From Candidatus Methylomirabilia bacterium (GTDB lineage Bacteria > Methylomirabilota > Methylomirabilia > Methylomirabilales > 2-02-FULL-66-22), in NCBI GenBank assembly GCA_041489335.1, contig JBGPQZ010000002.1, forward strand, positions 1 to 36,264: DNA of 36,264 nucleotides. Direction: 5' to 3'. Within the stretch, counting starts at the first letter, position 1; every line of letters begins with the position of its first letter. Both the position numbers and the translations under genes were made by a program. The notes under the pieces were generated by a model. That model saw nothing but the letters and a program-made list of their open reading frames with translations. It made no database searches and had not been told where the DNA came from. This document shows positions 8,845 through 16,491 of this stretch, in pieces.

Positions 8845-8868
8845 AAATGGGGGACGAAATGGGGGACG
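8845..8868 (+). repeat. Tandem 12-mer AAATGGGGGACG x2; REP-like relative of the element-A terminal repeat
   Basis: The second copy continues as GGGGACGTTG, a 10-nt identity with the left terminal repeat at 9042-9051. It lies about 170 bp outside that repeat. Confidence 0.4.
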
Positions 8869-9038
8869 TTGGGGCTTTTTTGACTTTTGTTTTGGCCTTT
8901 CGGGGCCGCCGGGGTTGGGTCCCGCCCCGGCGTCGGCGACTGGCCCCGCACCCCCGCGCCGATCCGCCACGGCCCACGCGGGTGGCTCCACGACAGCCCA
9001 GAGCTTGCCGCACCCCACCTCCGGCTGTCAAGGATGGA

Positions 9039-10129
9039 GTAGGGGACGTTGCATTACACGTCATATTATTCTACTTGCACCATTCCGCGATGGCCCCTGT
9101 CCAGCGCGCGGCCAGTGCGGCGCCGCGCTTGGCCGCCACCGAGACGTTCCCGCGCGTCTGGCCCAGGACCTGGGCAAGGTCGCTGGCCCGACGCCCGAGG
9201 CACTCGACCCAGACGTACGCCAAGAGCTGCCGGCCCTGGGCGGCGGCGGGCACTCGGCTCCGGCCCAGGAGCGCATCGGGCGGCACCCCCAGACTCCGGC
9301 TCATGCGCTGGACCAAAGTGGGGAGGTCCACACGCCGGCGCGAGAGGCGTGCCTCCGCCCGGGTCCGCATGTCCACTTCCCGGCGGAGTGCTTCCACGAA
9401 GGCGCCGGTGCCGAGGATCCGCTCATCCGCCATGTACGCCTCCCGGCCCCGGCGCACCGCGGCCACGGCCGCCCAGCCCCCCAGGCTGCGGACCAAGCCG
9501 CCGCCCTGAAGTTCGGGGCGGCGGCCCTGGGGGATGCCGGCCCCCAGGAAGGCCCGGTAGGCCCGGCGGGCGGCGGCGGGCGTGGGGCCGAACTGGGCGA
9601 GGATCGTCGCGGTCTCCTGCCACGGGCGGGGGACCGCGCCGAGGAGCGCGCTGTGCCCGGTCCACGGATACCGATCGAGGGCCCGGCGGTCCGCCACGAC
9701 CTTGGCCCGGAGGGGATTCAGGTGCAGGTAGCGGACGAGTTCCAGGAGGTAGGGTTCCTCCTCCACCACGATCGACTTGTAGCGGTTCTGGAAGAGGTGG
9801 CCGACACGGCGATGGCGGCGATTGAAGGCCCCGGCGTACCCGGTCAAGAGCGACCGCATGCTCCGGGCGAGGGGCCGGCTCCCGGTGCGGACGAGGAGGT
9901 GCGCATGGTTCGGGAGGAGCGCCCAGGCGCAGACCGTGAGGGCCCCCTGCTCCGCCACGCGGGCGAGGCGACCGACGAAGTCTGCCCGGTCGGCGTCGTC
10001 GCGAAAGATGGCTGTCCGCTCAATTCCCCGCACCATCACATGGTGCAGGGTGCCGGGCGCATCGAGGCGGGGACCACGGGGCATGGCGGGAGGATAACGG
10101 AATTCCACCTATAATGCAACGTCCCTTAG
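9039..10129 (-). mobile_element. Element A: unit bounded by terminal inverted repeats, carrying a Y1 HUH (RAYT/IS200-like) + DnaA-C-like gene
   Basis: The left repeat 9039-9058 (GTAGGGGACGTTGCATTACA) matches the reverse complement of 10110-10129 (CTAAGGGACGTTGCATTATA) at 17/20 positions. A single ORF lies between them. Confidence 0.7.
9071..10084 (-). CDS. REP-associated tyrosine transposase-like Y1 HUH nuclease with a C-terminal DnaA-domain-IV-like HTH
   Basis: HUH motif LPNHAHLLV and Tyr motif HLFQNRYKS. The C-terminus, GRSRVPAAAQGRQLLAYVWVECLGRRASDLAQVLGQTRGNVSVAAKRG, resembles DnaA domain IV. The start is set at the ATG at 10084 ([11 protein letters not shown]). The track ORF begins at the GTG at 10108. 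Confidence 0.82.
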   Translation of the reverse strand: MPRGPRLDAPGTLHHVMVRGIERTAIFRDDADRADFVGRLARVAEQGALTVCAWALLPNHAHLLVRTGSRPLARSMRSLLTGYAGAFNRRHRRVGHLFQNRYKSIVVEEEPYLLELVRYLHLNPLRAKVVADRRALDRYPWTGHSALLGAVPRPWQETATILAQFGPTPAAARRAYRAFLGAGIPQGRRPELQGGGLVRSLGGWAAVAAVRRGREAYMADERILGTGAFVEALRREVDMRTRAEARLSRRRVDLPTLVQRMSRSLGVPPDALLGRSRVPAAAQGRQLLAYVWVECLGRRASDLAQVLGQTRGNVSVAAKRGAALAARWTGAIAEWCK

Positions 10130-10131
10130 TA

Positions 10132-10309
10132 AAGGGGGAAAGATAGGGTGGCGCAGATCGGCCCCGGATCGCCGCCGGGCGGACTCCGAAACCAACGGCG
10201 GCACCGGTCCCGGCGGCCGACCGCGGCGGTCCCATGGTGAACTGATTACGCGGCAATGGATTGTGCGGGCGGGCTGTGGGCCTGGGCGGGCCAGAGCCCG
10301 AGGTGAGTC
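10132..10309 (-). mobile_element. IS91-family-like 3' terminus remnant, copy 1 (last 20 codons of a transposase plus a 114-nt non-coding end)
   Basis: The minus strand encodes THLGLWPAQAHSPPAQSIAA*, with the stop at 10246-10248. The rest is GC-rich with an inverted pair GCCGCCGGG...CCCGGCGGC. It is about 95% identical to 11465-11667 (8 substitutions by hand count, plus one indel block). Confidence 0.55.
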
Positions 10310-10691
10310 GAAGGTTCTCTTTCAAGAGGCGCGTGCGCTCTGCGGCCCGACGCACCGTGAGCAGCAGCGATTCCTTTTGCAGGGGCTTGGTAAGGTAATC
10401 ACAGGCCCCTTTTTTCACTGCCTCCACGGCGGAAGAAATGGTGCCGTGGGCAGTCATGATGATGATGGAGGGCTTGAAGGGCTCCTCAGGGATGCGCTCC
10501 AGCAGCTCGATGCCATCCATGCCCTGCATCTTGAGATCCGTAAGGATCACGTCCGGCAGCACGCGCCCGGAGAGTTTCATGGCCTCGGCACCGGAGGTCG
10601 CGGTGTAGGTCTCGTGCTTCTCGGCATCCAGGATGGTCTTCAGGATGTCGCACTGCAAGGGCTCGTCATCCACCACCAGCACCACGGCCAT
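10310..10691 (-). pseudogene. NtrC-type response regulator, receiver domain only (3'-truncated)
   Basis: MAVVLVVDDEPLQCDILKTIL...DVILTDLKMQGMDG...YLTKPL...RLLKENLRL. The frame then runs into the repeat at 10309 and becomes Pro/Arg-rich nonsense. No AAA+ or HTH domains follow. Confidence 0.7.
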
Positions 10692-10693
10692 GG

Positions 10694-10831
10694 CTAGGCC
10701 ACCTGCTCCTGCGGGCGCGGCAAGAGAATGCACACGGTACTGCCCTGCCCTTCTCGACTCTCGAAGCCCACCCGTCCGCCGTGCTCCTCGACCACGCGTT
10801 TGGTGAATGCGAGCCCCAGGCCGATGCCCTC
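10694..10831 (-). pseudogene. Histidine kinase, last 45 codons only (HATPase_c G2 box to stop)
   Basis: EGIGLGLAFTKRVVEEHGGRVGFESREGQGSTVCILLPRPQEQVA*, preceded in frame by a TAA at 10832-10834. Its stop is 2 nt from the receiver ATG, a typical HK-RR arrangement. Confidence 0.65.
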
Positions 10832-10855
10832 TTATGAGAAGCTAAAGGGCAAATT

Positions 10856-11218
10856 CTAATCCTCAAGCTGCGTCGTCTTACTGTCCGGCGACATGACATA
10901 GACATGGGAGAAGGTGGCGCCTTTAGCAGCCCCATGCCAGTGTTTCTCCCCCGCCGGAATGAAGATGACATCCCCCGGGCCGACGGTTATCTCTTCCTTG
11001 TCCGTAGCTACAATACCCTTGCCCTCGGTAACAATGAGTACCTGTTCAATGCTGTGGCTGTGGAACTTGTTCTTTACCCCCCGGCCGAAGTTTACCTGCC
11101 TTATGAGGAAGTTCCTGCTCAGCTCTGTGCCTACAATCGGCTGCATGGTGACCGGGCCGGTAAACAGTGGGTTTACCTGGGGCTCTCTTGCTACCTGGGC
11201 TATCTTGATTACCTTCAT
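10856..11218 (-). CDS. Cupin domain protein (120 aa) in a low-GC islet
   Basis: HSHSIEQVLIVTEGKG...GDVIFIPAGEKHWHGA contains the cupin motifs. It has an AAGGAGG RBS, and the surrounding 10840-11290 region is visibly AT-richer than the rest of the window. Confidence 0.85.
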   Translation of the reverse strand: MKVIKIAQVAREPQVNPLFTGPVTMQPIVGTELSRNFLIRQVNFGRGVKNKFHSHSIEQVLIVTEGKGIVATDKEEITVGPGDVIFIPAGEKHWHGAAKGATFSHVYVMSPDSKTTQLED

Positions 11219-11464
11219 GGCTACCTCCTTATCTCAAGTAAAGTATCCGTAAGACCTTTCTCATCCATATAGAGTATTACCCGTTCATGGGCACACTCTG
11301 GAAACAAATGAATTTGCTTCTGGGGGGCCGCGCGCCGATCGGGCCGTCGGCCGCGCCACAAGCCCCGCCGGGACCCAGCCCAACCACCCCAGGCCAGCTT
11401 CCCCAGCGCTCATACCGCGCCCTTGGATCGGGATGGAGTATCGGGCGGACCGGACGCGGGCGTC

Positions 11465-11717
11465 AAGGGGGAAAGATAGGGTGGCTCAGATCGGCCCCGG
11501 ATCGCCGCCGGGCGGACCCCGAAACCAACGGCGGCACCAGGCCCGGCGGCCGACCGCGGCGGAGCCATGGTGAACTGATTACGCGGCAATGGATTGTGCG
11601 GGCAGACTGTGGGCCTGGGCGGGCCAGAGGCCCCTGTCTGCCTTCGGCACAGGCAGGGAGGTGAGTCAGGATCTTCTCGATCACCTCAGGCTGTTCGATG
11701 AAGGCTTCGTCGCGAGC
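11465..11717 (-). mobile_element. IS91-family-like 3' terminus remnant, copy 2 (longer coding stub, frameshifted by a 25-nt insertion)
   Basis: 11465-11667 aligns with 10132-10309. Upstream, the minus strand reads ARDEAFIEQPEVIEKILTHL, preceded by an in-frame TGA at 11718-11720. A hairpin-like insertion lies at about 11631-11657. Confidence 0.55.
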
Positions 11718-11765
11718 TCAGCCGAGCGGCAAAGATCCGAAAGCAAGTTCCCAGCTCTCGAGCTT

Positions 11766-12422
11766 TCACCCGAGCCAGCCCCGCTCGCGGAGCATGGCCT
11801 CAATCTCGGCGGGGTCCTTGCCGGAGACCTCTGCCAGGTCCCCGCCCTTCTGGAGCCACTGCCGCACGAGGGGCGAGCGATCCTCGGCTTTACATACCGC
11901 GGGGTAGATCTCCTCCGCGACCTGGGGAGACATGATCACGATGCCGTTGTCGTCGGCGACCACCAGATTGCCCGGGCGAACCAGGACGCCGCCGCACTCC
12001 ACCGGCTCGTTGATGGCGCCACCCGGCAGCCCCAACCGGCGCCCCACCCGTGCCGAAATGGCGCGGGCGAAGGTGGGCATTCCCTGCTGACGGATCTCCA
12101 CCACGTCGGTGACCGACCCGTCGATGATGACGCCGGCCGCCCCGCGCAGCTTGGCCGCCAGGGAGGTCATCTCCCCCCAGTTGGCCACCTGGGTGTCCCC
12201 CTCCTGCGCGATCACCAGGACGCTCCCTGGCTGGAGGGCGCGGATGGCGGGTCTGGTGAGGGCGCTGTCGCCCCGGGGCATTTTCGCGGTGACGGCGCGG
12301 CCCACGAAGCTGACGGGGCCGAAGATGGGGCGGATGGCGGTATGAACGAACCCCTCGGCCAGGAGGTGGCCGATGGTGGCGGGCGGAATGGTTCGGAAGC
12401 GTTCGACAAGATCATCGGCCAT
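11766..12422 (-). CDS. RraA family protein / 4-hydroxy-4-methyl-2-oxoglutarate aldolase-like
   Basis: 218 aa. GEMTSLAAKLRGAAGVIIDGSVTD and the overall RraA/DlpA pattern. Confidence 0.85.
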   Translation of the reverse strand: MADDLVERFRTIPPATIGHLLAEGFVHTAIRPIFGPVSFVGRAVTAKMPRGDSALTRPAIRALQPGSVLVIAQEGDTQVANWGEMTSLAAKLRGAAGVIIDGSVTDVVEIRQQGMPTFARAISARVGRRLGLPGGAINEPVECGGVLVRPGNLVVADDNGIVIMSPQVAEEIYPAVCKAEDRSPLVRQWLQKGGDLAEVSGKDPAEIEAMLRERGWLG

Positions 12423-12500
12423 CGGTGGTCACTCCTTTCGTCGCAGGCCCCACAATCCTACTCTGGATATTCATGAAAGCCGCCGTCAGATCTGCTTCTC

Positions 12501-12519
12501 GAATGACCAATGGTCATTC
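12501..12519. promoter_or_regulatory. Perfect palindrome GAATGACC-AAT-GGTCATTC; candidate operator upstream of the RraA-like gene
   Basis: 8-bp arms with a 3-nt centre, 79-97 nt upstream of the ATG at 12422. It sits in a locally AT-richer spacer. Confidence 0.35.
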
Positions 12520-12520
12520 C

Positions 12521-12556
12521 CACGACTATTCGCGGACACGTCCGCGGATAGTCGTG
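12521..12556 (-). repeat. Inverted repeat with 17-bp arms (16/17 match), 2 nt downstream of the C45 stop
   Basis: CACGACTATTCGCGGAC-AC-GTCCGCGGATAGTCGTG. No U tract follows on the minus-strand transcript. Confidence 0.5.
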
Positions 12557-12558
12557 AG

Positions 12559-13662
12559 CTACTCCCCCGGACGGCCCACGGCCTGGATCCCCTCGCAGGG
12601 GTTGCCGATCATCACCCACATGGTGCGATCCTGGGGACAGATGATGGTCGCCGCGTAGGTCTGAGATTTCCCGTCGCCACCGTGCCGGCAGATGCTCTCC
12701 ACCGGCGGCTCCGCATGGTCGCTCAGGATTCGCAGGATGTCGTGCATGCCGATCCGGCCGCACCGCTCCCGCAGGATCTGGCCGGCCCGGGCATGCCGAT
12801 CATAGGTGCTGCGGTACTCCTCGAACGTGGGCATGAGATGCTGGAAATCCGGCGAGCAGAAGTGGTTGGTGCGCACCAAGAGATCGTTCTCCGGCTCGAA
12901 CGCCCGCACCTCGCGATCCGTCACCTCCAGCGCTATCGCCTTGGACTCGTCGGCCGCCAGGACGATCATGCCGCTGGCCCGCGGCTGGTCCTTGATCATG
13001 CGGACGGCCTCGTCGGTCGAGCGGGCATGTCGGAGCACTGGCTGTAGATTCAGCAGCAACCAGGCGGAGTCCGCCCGTGACACGTCCACCCGGACGCGGG
13101 GCGACCACTGGCCGCTGCAGGTCAAGGAGAGACCGTGTTCGTTAATGCCGTCCAGGACGGTCATCCGGCCGGCCGGCGTGAGCTCGTTGGTGAACCCGCC
13201 ATCCGCGTGCCGGCGGTGCAGCACCACCTGGCGCGTCGGTCCCCTCTGGAGGTCCCGGGTCTTCCCCACGTAGGTCTTGCCGTCAATCGTCGCCGATCGC
13301 ATGGCCAGGACCTGCGTGCATTCCATCACCGTCGAGTAGATGTAGGAGAGCTGCGGGTTCAGGTTCATGCTGAGCAGCTCCAGGTGGTCCACCTCGGCGC
13401 CTTCGGCGATGCCGGCGATCTCCTCCAGCAGCTCCGGGAACTCGCGGGAGACCCACGCCTCGTTTCGGCGGGTGATGGCGTCGTAGTCGGTCCGGTCGAG
13501 GCCGGAGAGCACCTCCTGCCGCTGGGTTCGTGTCCGTTGAAGGTTTTCCCGGATCAGATCCGCGGCTCCCTGGCCCAGTTGCCTGCCCTGCTCGTAGGGG
13601 CTGCCGGAAAGATACAGCACCCTGCCCTTTCCCAGAGGCGCGACGTCGGCTCGGCGAAGCAT
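12559..13662 (-). CDS. C45 family peptidase / acyl-CoA:6-aminopenicillanic-acid acyltransferase-like Ntn hydrolase
   Basis: 367 aa with the N-terminal LYLSGSPYEQGRQLGQ and an internal MECTQVLA (candidate self-processing Cys). The start is 23 nt after the DppF-type stop. Confidence 0.75.
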   Translation of the reverse strand: MLRRADVAPLGKGRVLYLSGSPYEQGRQLGQGAADLIRENLQRTRTQRQEVLSGLDRTDYDAITRRNEAWVSREFPELLEEIAGIAEGAEVDHLELLSMNLNPQLSYIYSTVMECTQVLAMRSATIDGKTYVGKTRDLQRGPTRQVVLHRRHADGGFTNELTPAGRMTVLDGINEHGLSLTCSGQWSPRVRVDVSRADSAWLLLNLQPVLRHARSTDEAVRMIKDQPRASGMIVLAADESKAIALEVTDREVRAFEPENDLLVRTNHFCSPDFQHLMPTFEEYRSTYDRHARAGQILRERCGRIGMHDILRILSDHAEPPVESICRHGGDGKSQTYAATIICPQDRTMWVMIGNPCEGIQAVGRPGE

Positions 13663-13685
13663 CCTCGACGTTCTCCTCTTACGAT

Positions 13686-14648
13686 CTATGGGACGAGGTG
13701 GCAGCTCACCTGATGAGCCTCCCCGCCCACGGCCACCTGCCGCAGAGACGGCGCCTCGCTGCGGCAGCGATCGCTGGCAAAGGGACAGCGGGTGTGGAAG
13801 CGGCAGCCCGAGGGCACCCGGATGGCGCTGGGCACGTCCCCCGTGAGCCGGATCCGCTCCCGCCGGCCCCGGGGAGTCAGGGCGGGGATGGCGGAGATGA
13901 GCGCCCGGGTGTACGGGTGCAGGGGCGCGGTGAACAGGGCGTCGCGACTGGCCACCTCCACCAGCTGGCCCAGGTACATCACCGCGATGCGGTCGCTCAT
14001 GTGCCGCACCACGGAGAGGTTGTGGGAGATGAAGAGGTAGGTCAGCCCGTGGTCCCGCTGCAGCTGCTTCAGCAGGTTGAGGATCTGGGCCTGCACCGAG
14101 ACGTCCAGGGCCGAGGTGGGCTCGTCGAGCACAATGAAATCGGGGTTCACGCTGAGCGCCCTGGCGATGGCGATCCGCTGGCGCTGCCCGCCGCTGAACT
14201 CGTGAGGGTACCGGCTCCGATGCTCCCCCCGTAGCCCCACCTTCTCCAGCAACTCCTCCAGGCGGGCCTGCCGGGCGACCGCGGAGAGGGTCAGGTGGAT
14301 CTCCATGGGTCGCGTGAGCAGGGTCTGCACGGTCATGCGGGGGTTCAGGGAGGAGAAGGGATCCTGGAAGACGATCTGCATGCGGGAGCGCAGGCGCCGC
14401 AACTCCTTTCTGGGAAGCCGCACCAGGTCATGCCCGTCCAGCAGCAGTTCGCCCGCCGTCGGATCCAGCAGCCGCAGCACCAGACGGCCCACCGTGGTCT
14501 TGCCGCAGCCCGACTCCCCGACCAGCCCCAGCGTCTCGCCCTTCATCACGCCGAGGTCGACCCCGTCCACGGCGTGGACCATTTCCCGGGTCCCCTCGAC
14601 GGCGAAGTGCTTGACCAGGCCTCGGATCTCCAGCAGCCGCTCGCTCAT
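13686..14648 (-). CDS. Peptide ABC transporter ATP-binding protein (DppF/OppF type)
   Basis: Walker [10 protein letters not shown], signature [15 protein letters not shown], Walker [12 protein letters not shown]. The ATG at 14648 overlaps the upstream stop (ATGA). The track ORF is extended by 59 aa. Confidence 0.9.
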   Translation of the reverse strand: MSERLLEIRGLVKHFAVEGTREMVHAVDGVDLGVMKGETLGLVGESGCGKTTVGRLVLRLLDPTAGELLLDGHDLVRLPRKELRRLRSRMQIVFQDPFSSLNPRMTVQTLLTRPMEIHLTLSAVARQARLEELLEKVGLRGEHRSRYPHEFSGGQRQRIAIARALSVNPDFIVLDEPTSALDVSVQAQILNLLKQLQRDHGLTYLFISHNLSVVRHMSDRIAVMYLGQLVEVASRDALFTAPLHPYTRALISAIPALTPRGRRERIRLTGDVPSAIRVPSGCRFHTRCPFASDRCRSEAPSLRQVAVGGEAHQVSCHLVP

Positions 14649-15622
14649 GCCCGGCCCCCCGCCTCGTACAGGAAGCAGGCAACCCGGTGCCCGGGAGCGA
14701 CCTCCAGCGTGGGAGGCTCCGCCTCGGCACAGATCGGCAGGGCATGCGGGCAGCGGTTGCGGAAGCGGCAGCCGGCCGGCAAGTCGAGAGGGCTGGGCAC
14801 CGTCCCCGGGATCGGCTGGAGCCACTCGACGGTCTCCTCCAGCCGCGGGATGGAGGCGAACAGCCCCACGGTGTAGGGGTGCCTAGGCGCCTCGAAGAGG
14901 GGCTCCAGAGCTGCCGTCTCCACGATCTTGCCCAGATACATCACCGCCACCCGATCGCAGGTCTCCGCCACCACCCCCATGTCGTGGGTGATCAGCAGGA
15001 TGGAGGCGCCGGTCCGGTCGCGCAGCTCCTTGATCAGGTCCAGGATCTGGGCCTGGATGGTCACGTCCAGGGCGGTGACCGGCTCGTCGGCGATCAGGAC
15101 GCTCGGGTTGCAGGCCAGGGCCATGGCCACCATCATCCGCTGGAGCATGCCCCCGCTGAACTGGTGAGGGAACTGACGGAAGCGTCGCTCGGGATCCGGG
15201 ATGCCCACCAGCTGCATCAGCCGCAGCACGCGCTCCCGGGCCGCCTTCCGGCTCACCCGCTCGTGCACCAGGATGGCCTCGGCGATCTGGCTGCCGGTGG
15301 TGAACACCGGATTCATGGAGGAGGTGGGCTCCTGGAAGATCATCGCCAGTCGGCTGCCCCGCAGCCTCCGCATCTCTTCCTTGGCGAGCTGGAGCAGATC
15401 CCGCTCCTCGAACAGGATCTCCCCGGCGACGATCCGTCCCGGCCGGTCCACCAGCCGCATGATGGAGAGGGAGCTCACCGACTTCCCGCAGCCGCTCTCC
15501 CCCACCAGGCCGAGGATCTCCCCCCGCCCCAGGCTGAAGCTCACGTCGTCCACGGCCCGCACCACGCCCGCCCGGCTGAAGAAGTGGGTCCGGAGATTCC
15601 TGACTTCGAGCAGCGCTCCCAT
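14645..15622 (-). CDS. Peptide ABC transporter ATP-binding protein (DppD/OppD type)
   Basis: [35 protein letters not shown], and a C-terminal oligopeptide-type Cys-containing tail. Confidence 0.92.
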   Translation of the reverse strand: MGALLEVRNLRTHFFSRAGVVRAVDDVSFSLGRGEILGLVGESGCGKSVSSLSIMRLVDRPGRIVAGEILFEERDLLQLAKEEMRRLRGSRLAMIFQEPTSSMNPVFTTGSQIAEAILVHERVSRKAARERVLRLMQLVGIPDPERRFRQFPHQFSGGMLQRMMVAMALACNPSVLIADEPVTALDVTIQAQILDLIKELRDRTGASILLITHDMGVVAETCDRVAVMYLGKIVETAALEPLFEAPRHPYTVGLFASIPRLEETVEWLQPIPGTVPSPLDLPAGCRFRNRCPHALPICAEAEPPTLEVAPGHRVACFLYEAGGRA

Positions 15623-15625
15623 CCC

Positions 15626-16477
15626 CTACCTCTTCTTCAGTCGAGGATCCATGGCGTCCCGCAGCTCGTCCCCCAGGACGTTGAAGCCGAAGACCGCCAG
15701 CATCAGGGCCAGCCCCGGCATGATCATCACGTGGGGGGCCATCTGCGCCCACTGCAGGCTGTTCTGCAGCATGGAGCCCCACTCGGCCGTGGGCGGAGGG
15801 ACGCCCAGCCCCAGAAAGCTCAGGGTGGCGGCCGTCATGATGGCGCCGGGGATCAGCAGGCTGGTCTGCACGATGATGGGCGCCAGGCAGTTGGGCAGGA
15901 TGTAGCGGGTGAGGATGGAGCAGTCGGACTCCCCCGAGGCCACGGCCCCCTCCACGAAGATCGTCTCCTTGATCGACAGGGTGAGGCCGTGGACCAATCG
16001 CGCGAACTGGGGAATGTGGTAGACGCCGATGGCGATCACCACGTTGTTCACGCTCCGCCCCAGGATGGCGATGGTGGTCAGCGCCACGATGATGCCCGGA
16101 AAGGCCAGCACCACGTCCATCAGCCGCATGATCGGCATGTCCAGCCGCCGGTAGTAGGCCGCCAGCATCCCCAGCACCACGCCGAAGAGCGCCCCCATGC
16201 CGATGGCCGACATCGAGATGTACAGGGACATGCGCGCGCCGAAGATGATCCGGCTCAGCAGATCCCTCCCCTGGTTGTCCTGTCCCAGCAGGTGCCGGGG
16301 GCTGGGCCCCGCCAGCGACTCGCGGAGGCTGATCGTGTCCGGATCGTAGGGCGCCAGTTGGGGCGCCAGCAGGGCGACCGCCAGGAAAAGCAGCACCAGG
16401 GCCCCACCCACGGCCCCCAGCTTGTAGTCGCGCGCGAAGGCCCATACGATGCGCGGGAGGCGACGCAGCAGCTTCAT
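15626..16477 (-). CDS. Peptide ABC transporter permease (DppC/OppC type)
   Basis: MKLLRRLPRIVWAFARDYK..., LLGQDNQGRDLLSRIIFGARMSL, and multiple TM segments. The start is at the ATG at 16477. The track ORF has a spurious 154-aa extension. Confidence 0.9.
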   Translation of the reverse strand: MKLLRRLPRIVWAFARDYKLGAVGGALVLLFLAVALLAPQLAPYDPDTISLRESLAGPSPRHLLGQDNQGRDLLSRIIFGARMSLYISMSAIGMGALFGVVLGMLAAYYRRLDMPIMRLMDVVLAFPGIIVALTTIAILGRSVNNVVIAIGVYHIPQFARLVHGLTLSIKETIFVEGAVASGESDCSILTRYILPNCLAPIIVQTSLLIPGAIMTAATLSFLGLGVPPPTAEWGSMLQNSLQWAQMAPHVMIMPGLALMLAVFGFNVLGDELRDAMDPRLKKR

Positions 16478-16491
16478 CCGGACTTCGCTCC

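Noticed and set aside
10132-11667. The two ~95% identical repeats as a DGR template/variable repeat pair, or as a structured ncRNA (riboswitch, omega-RNA or retron msr-like).
   Set aside because: The 8 substitutions are not adenine-specific on either strand, and no reverse transcriptase is present. The repeat also carries the in-frame C-terminal coding tail and stop codon of a transposase-like gene, which fits an IS terminus better than an RNA gene.
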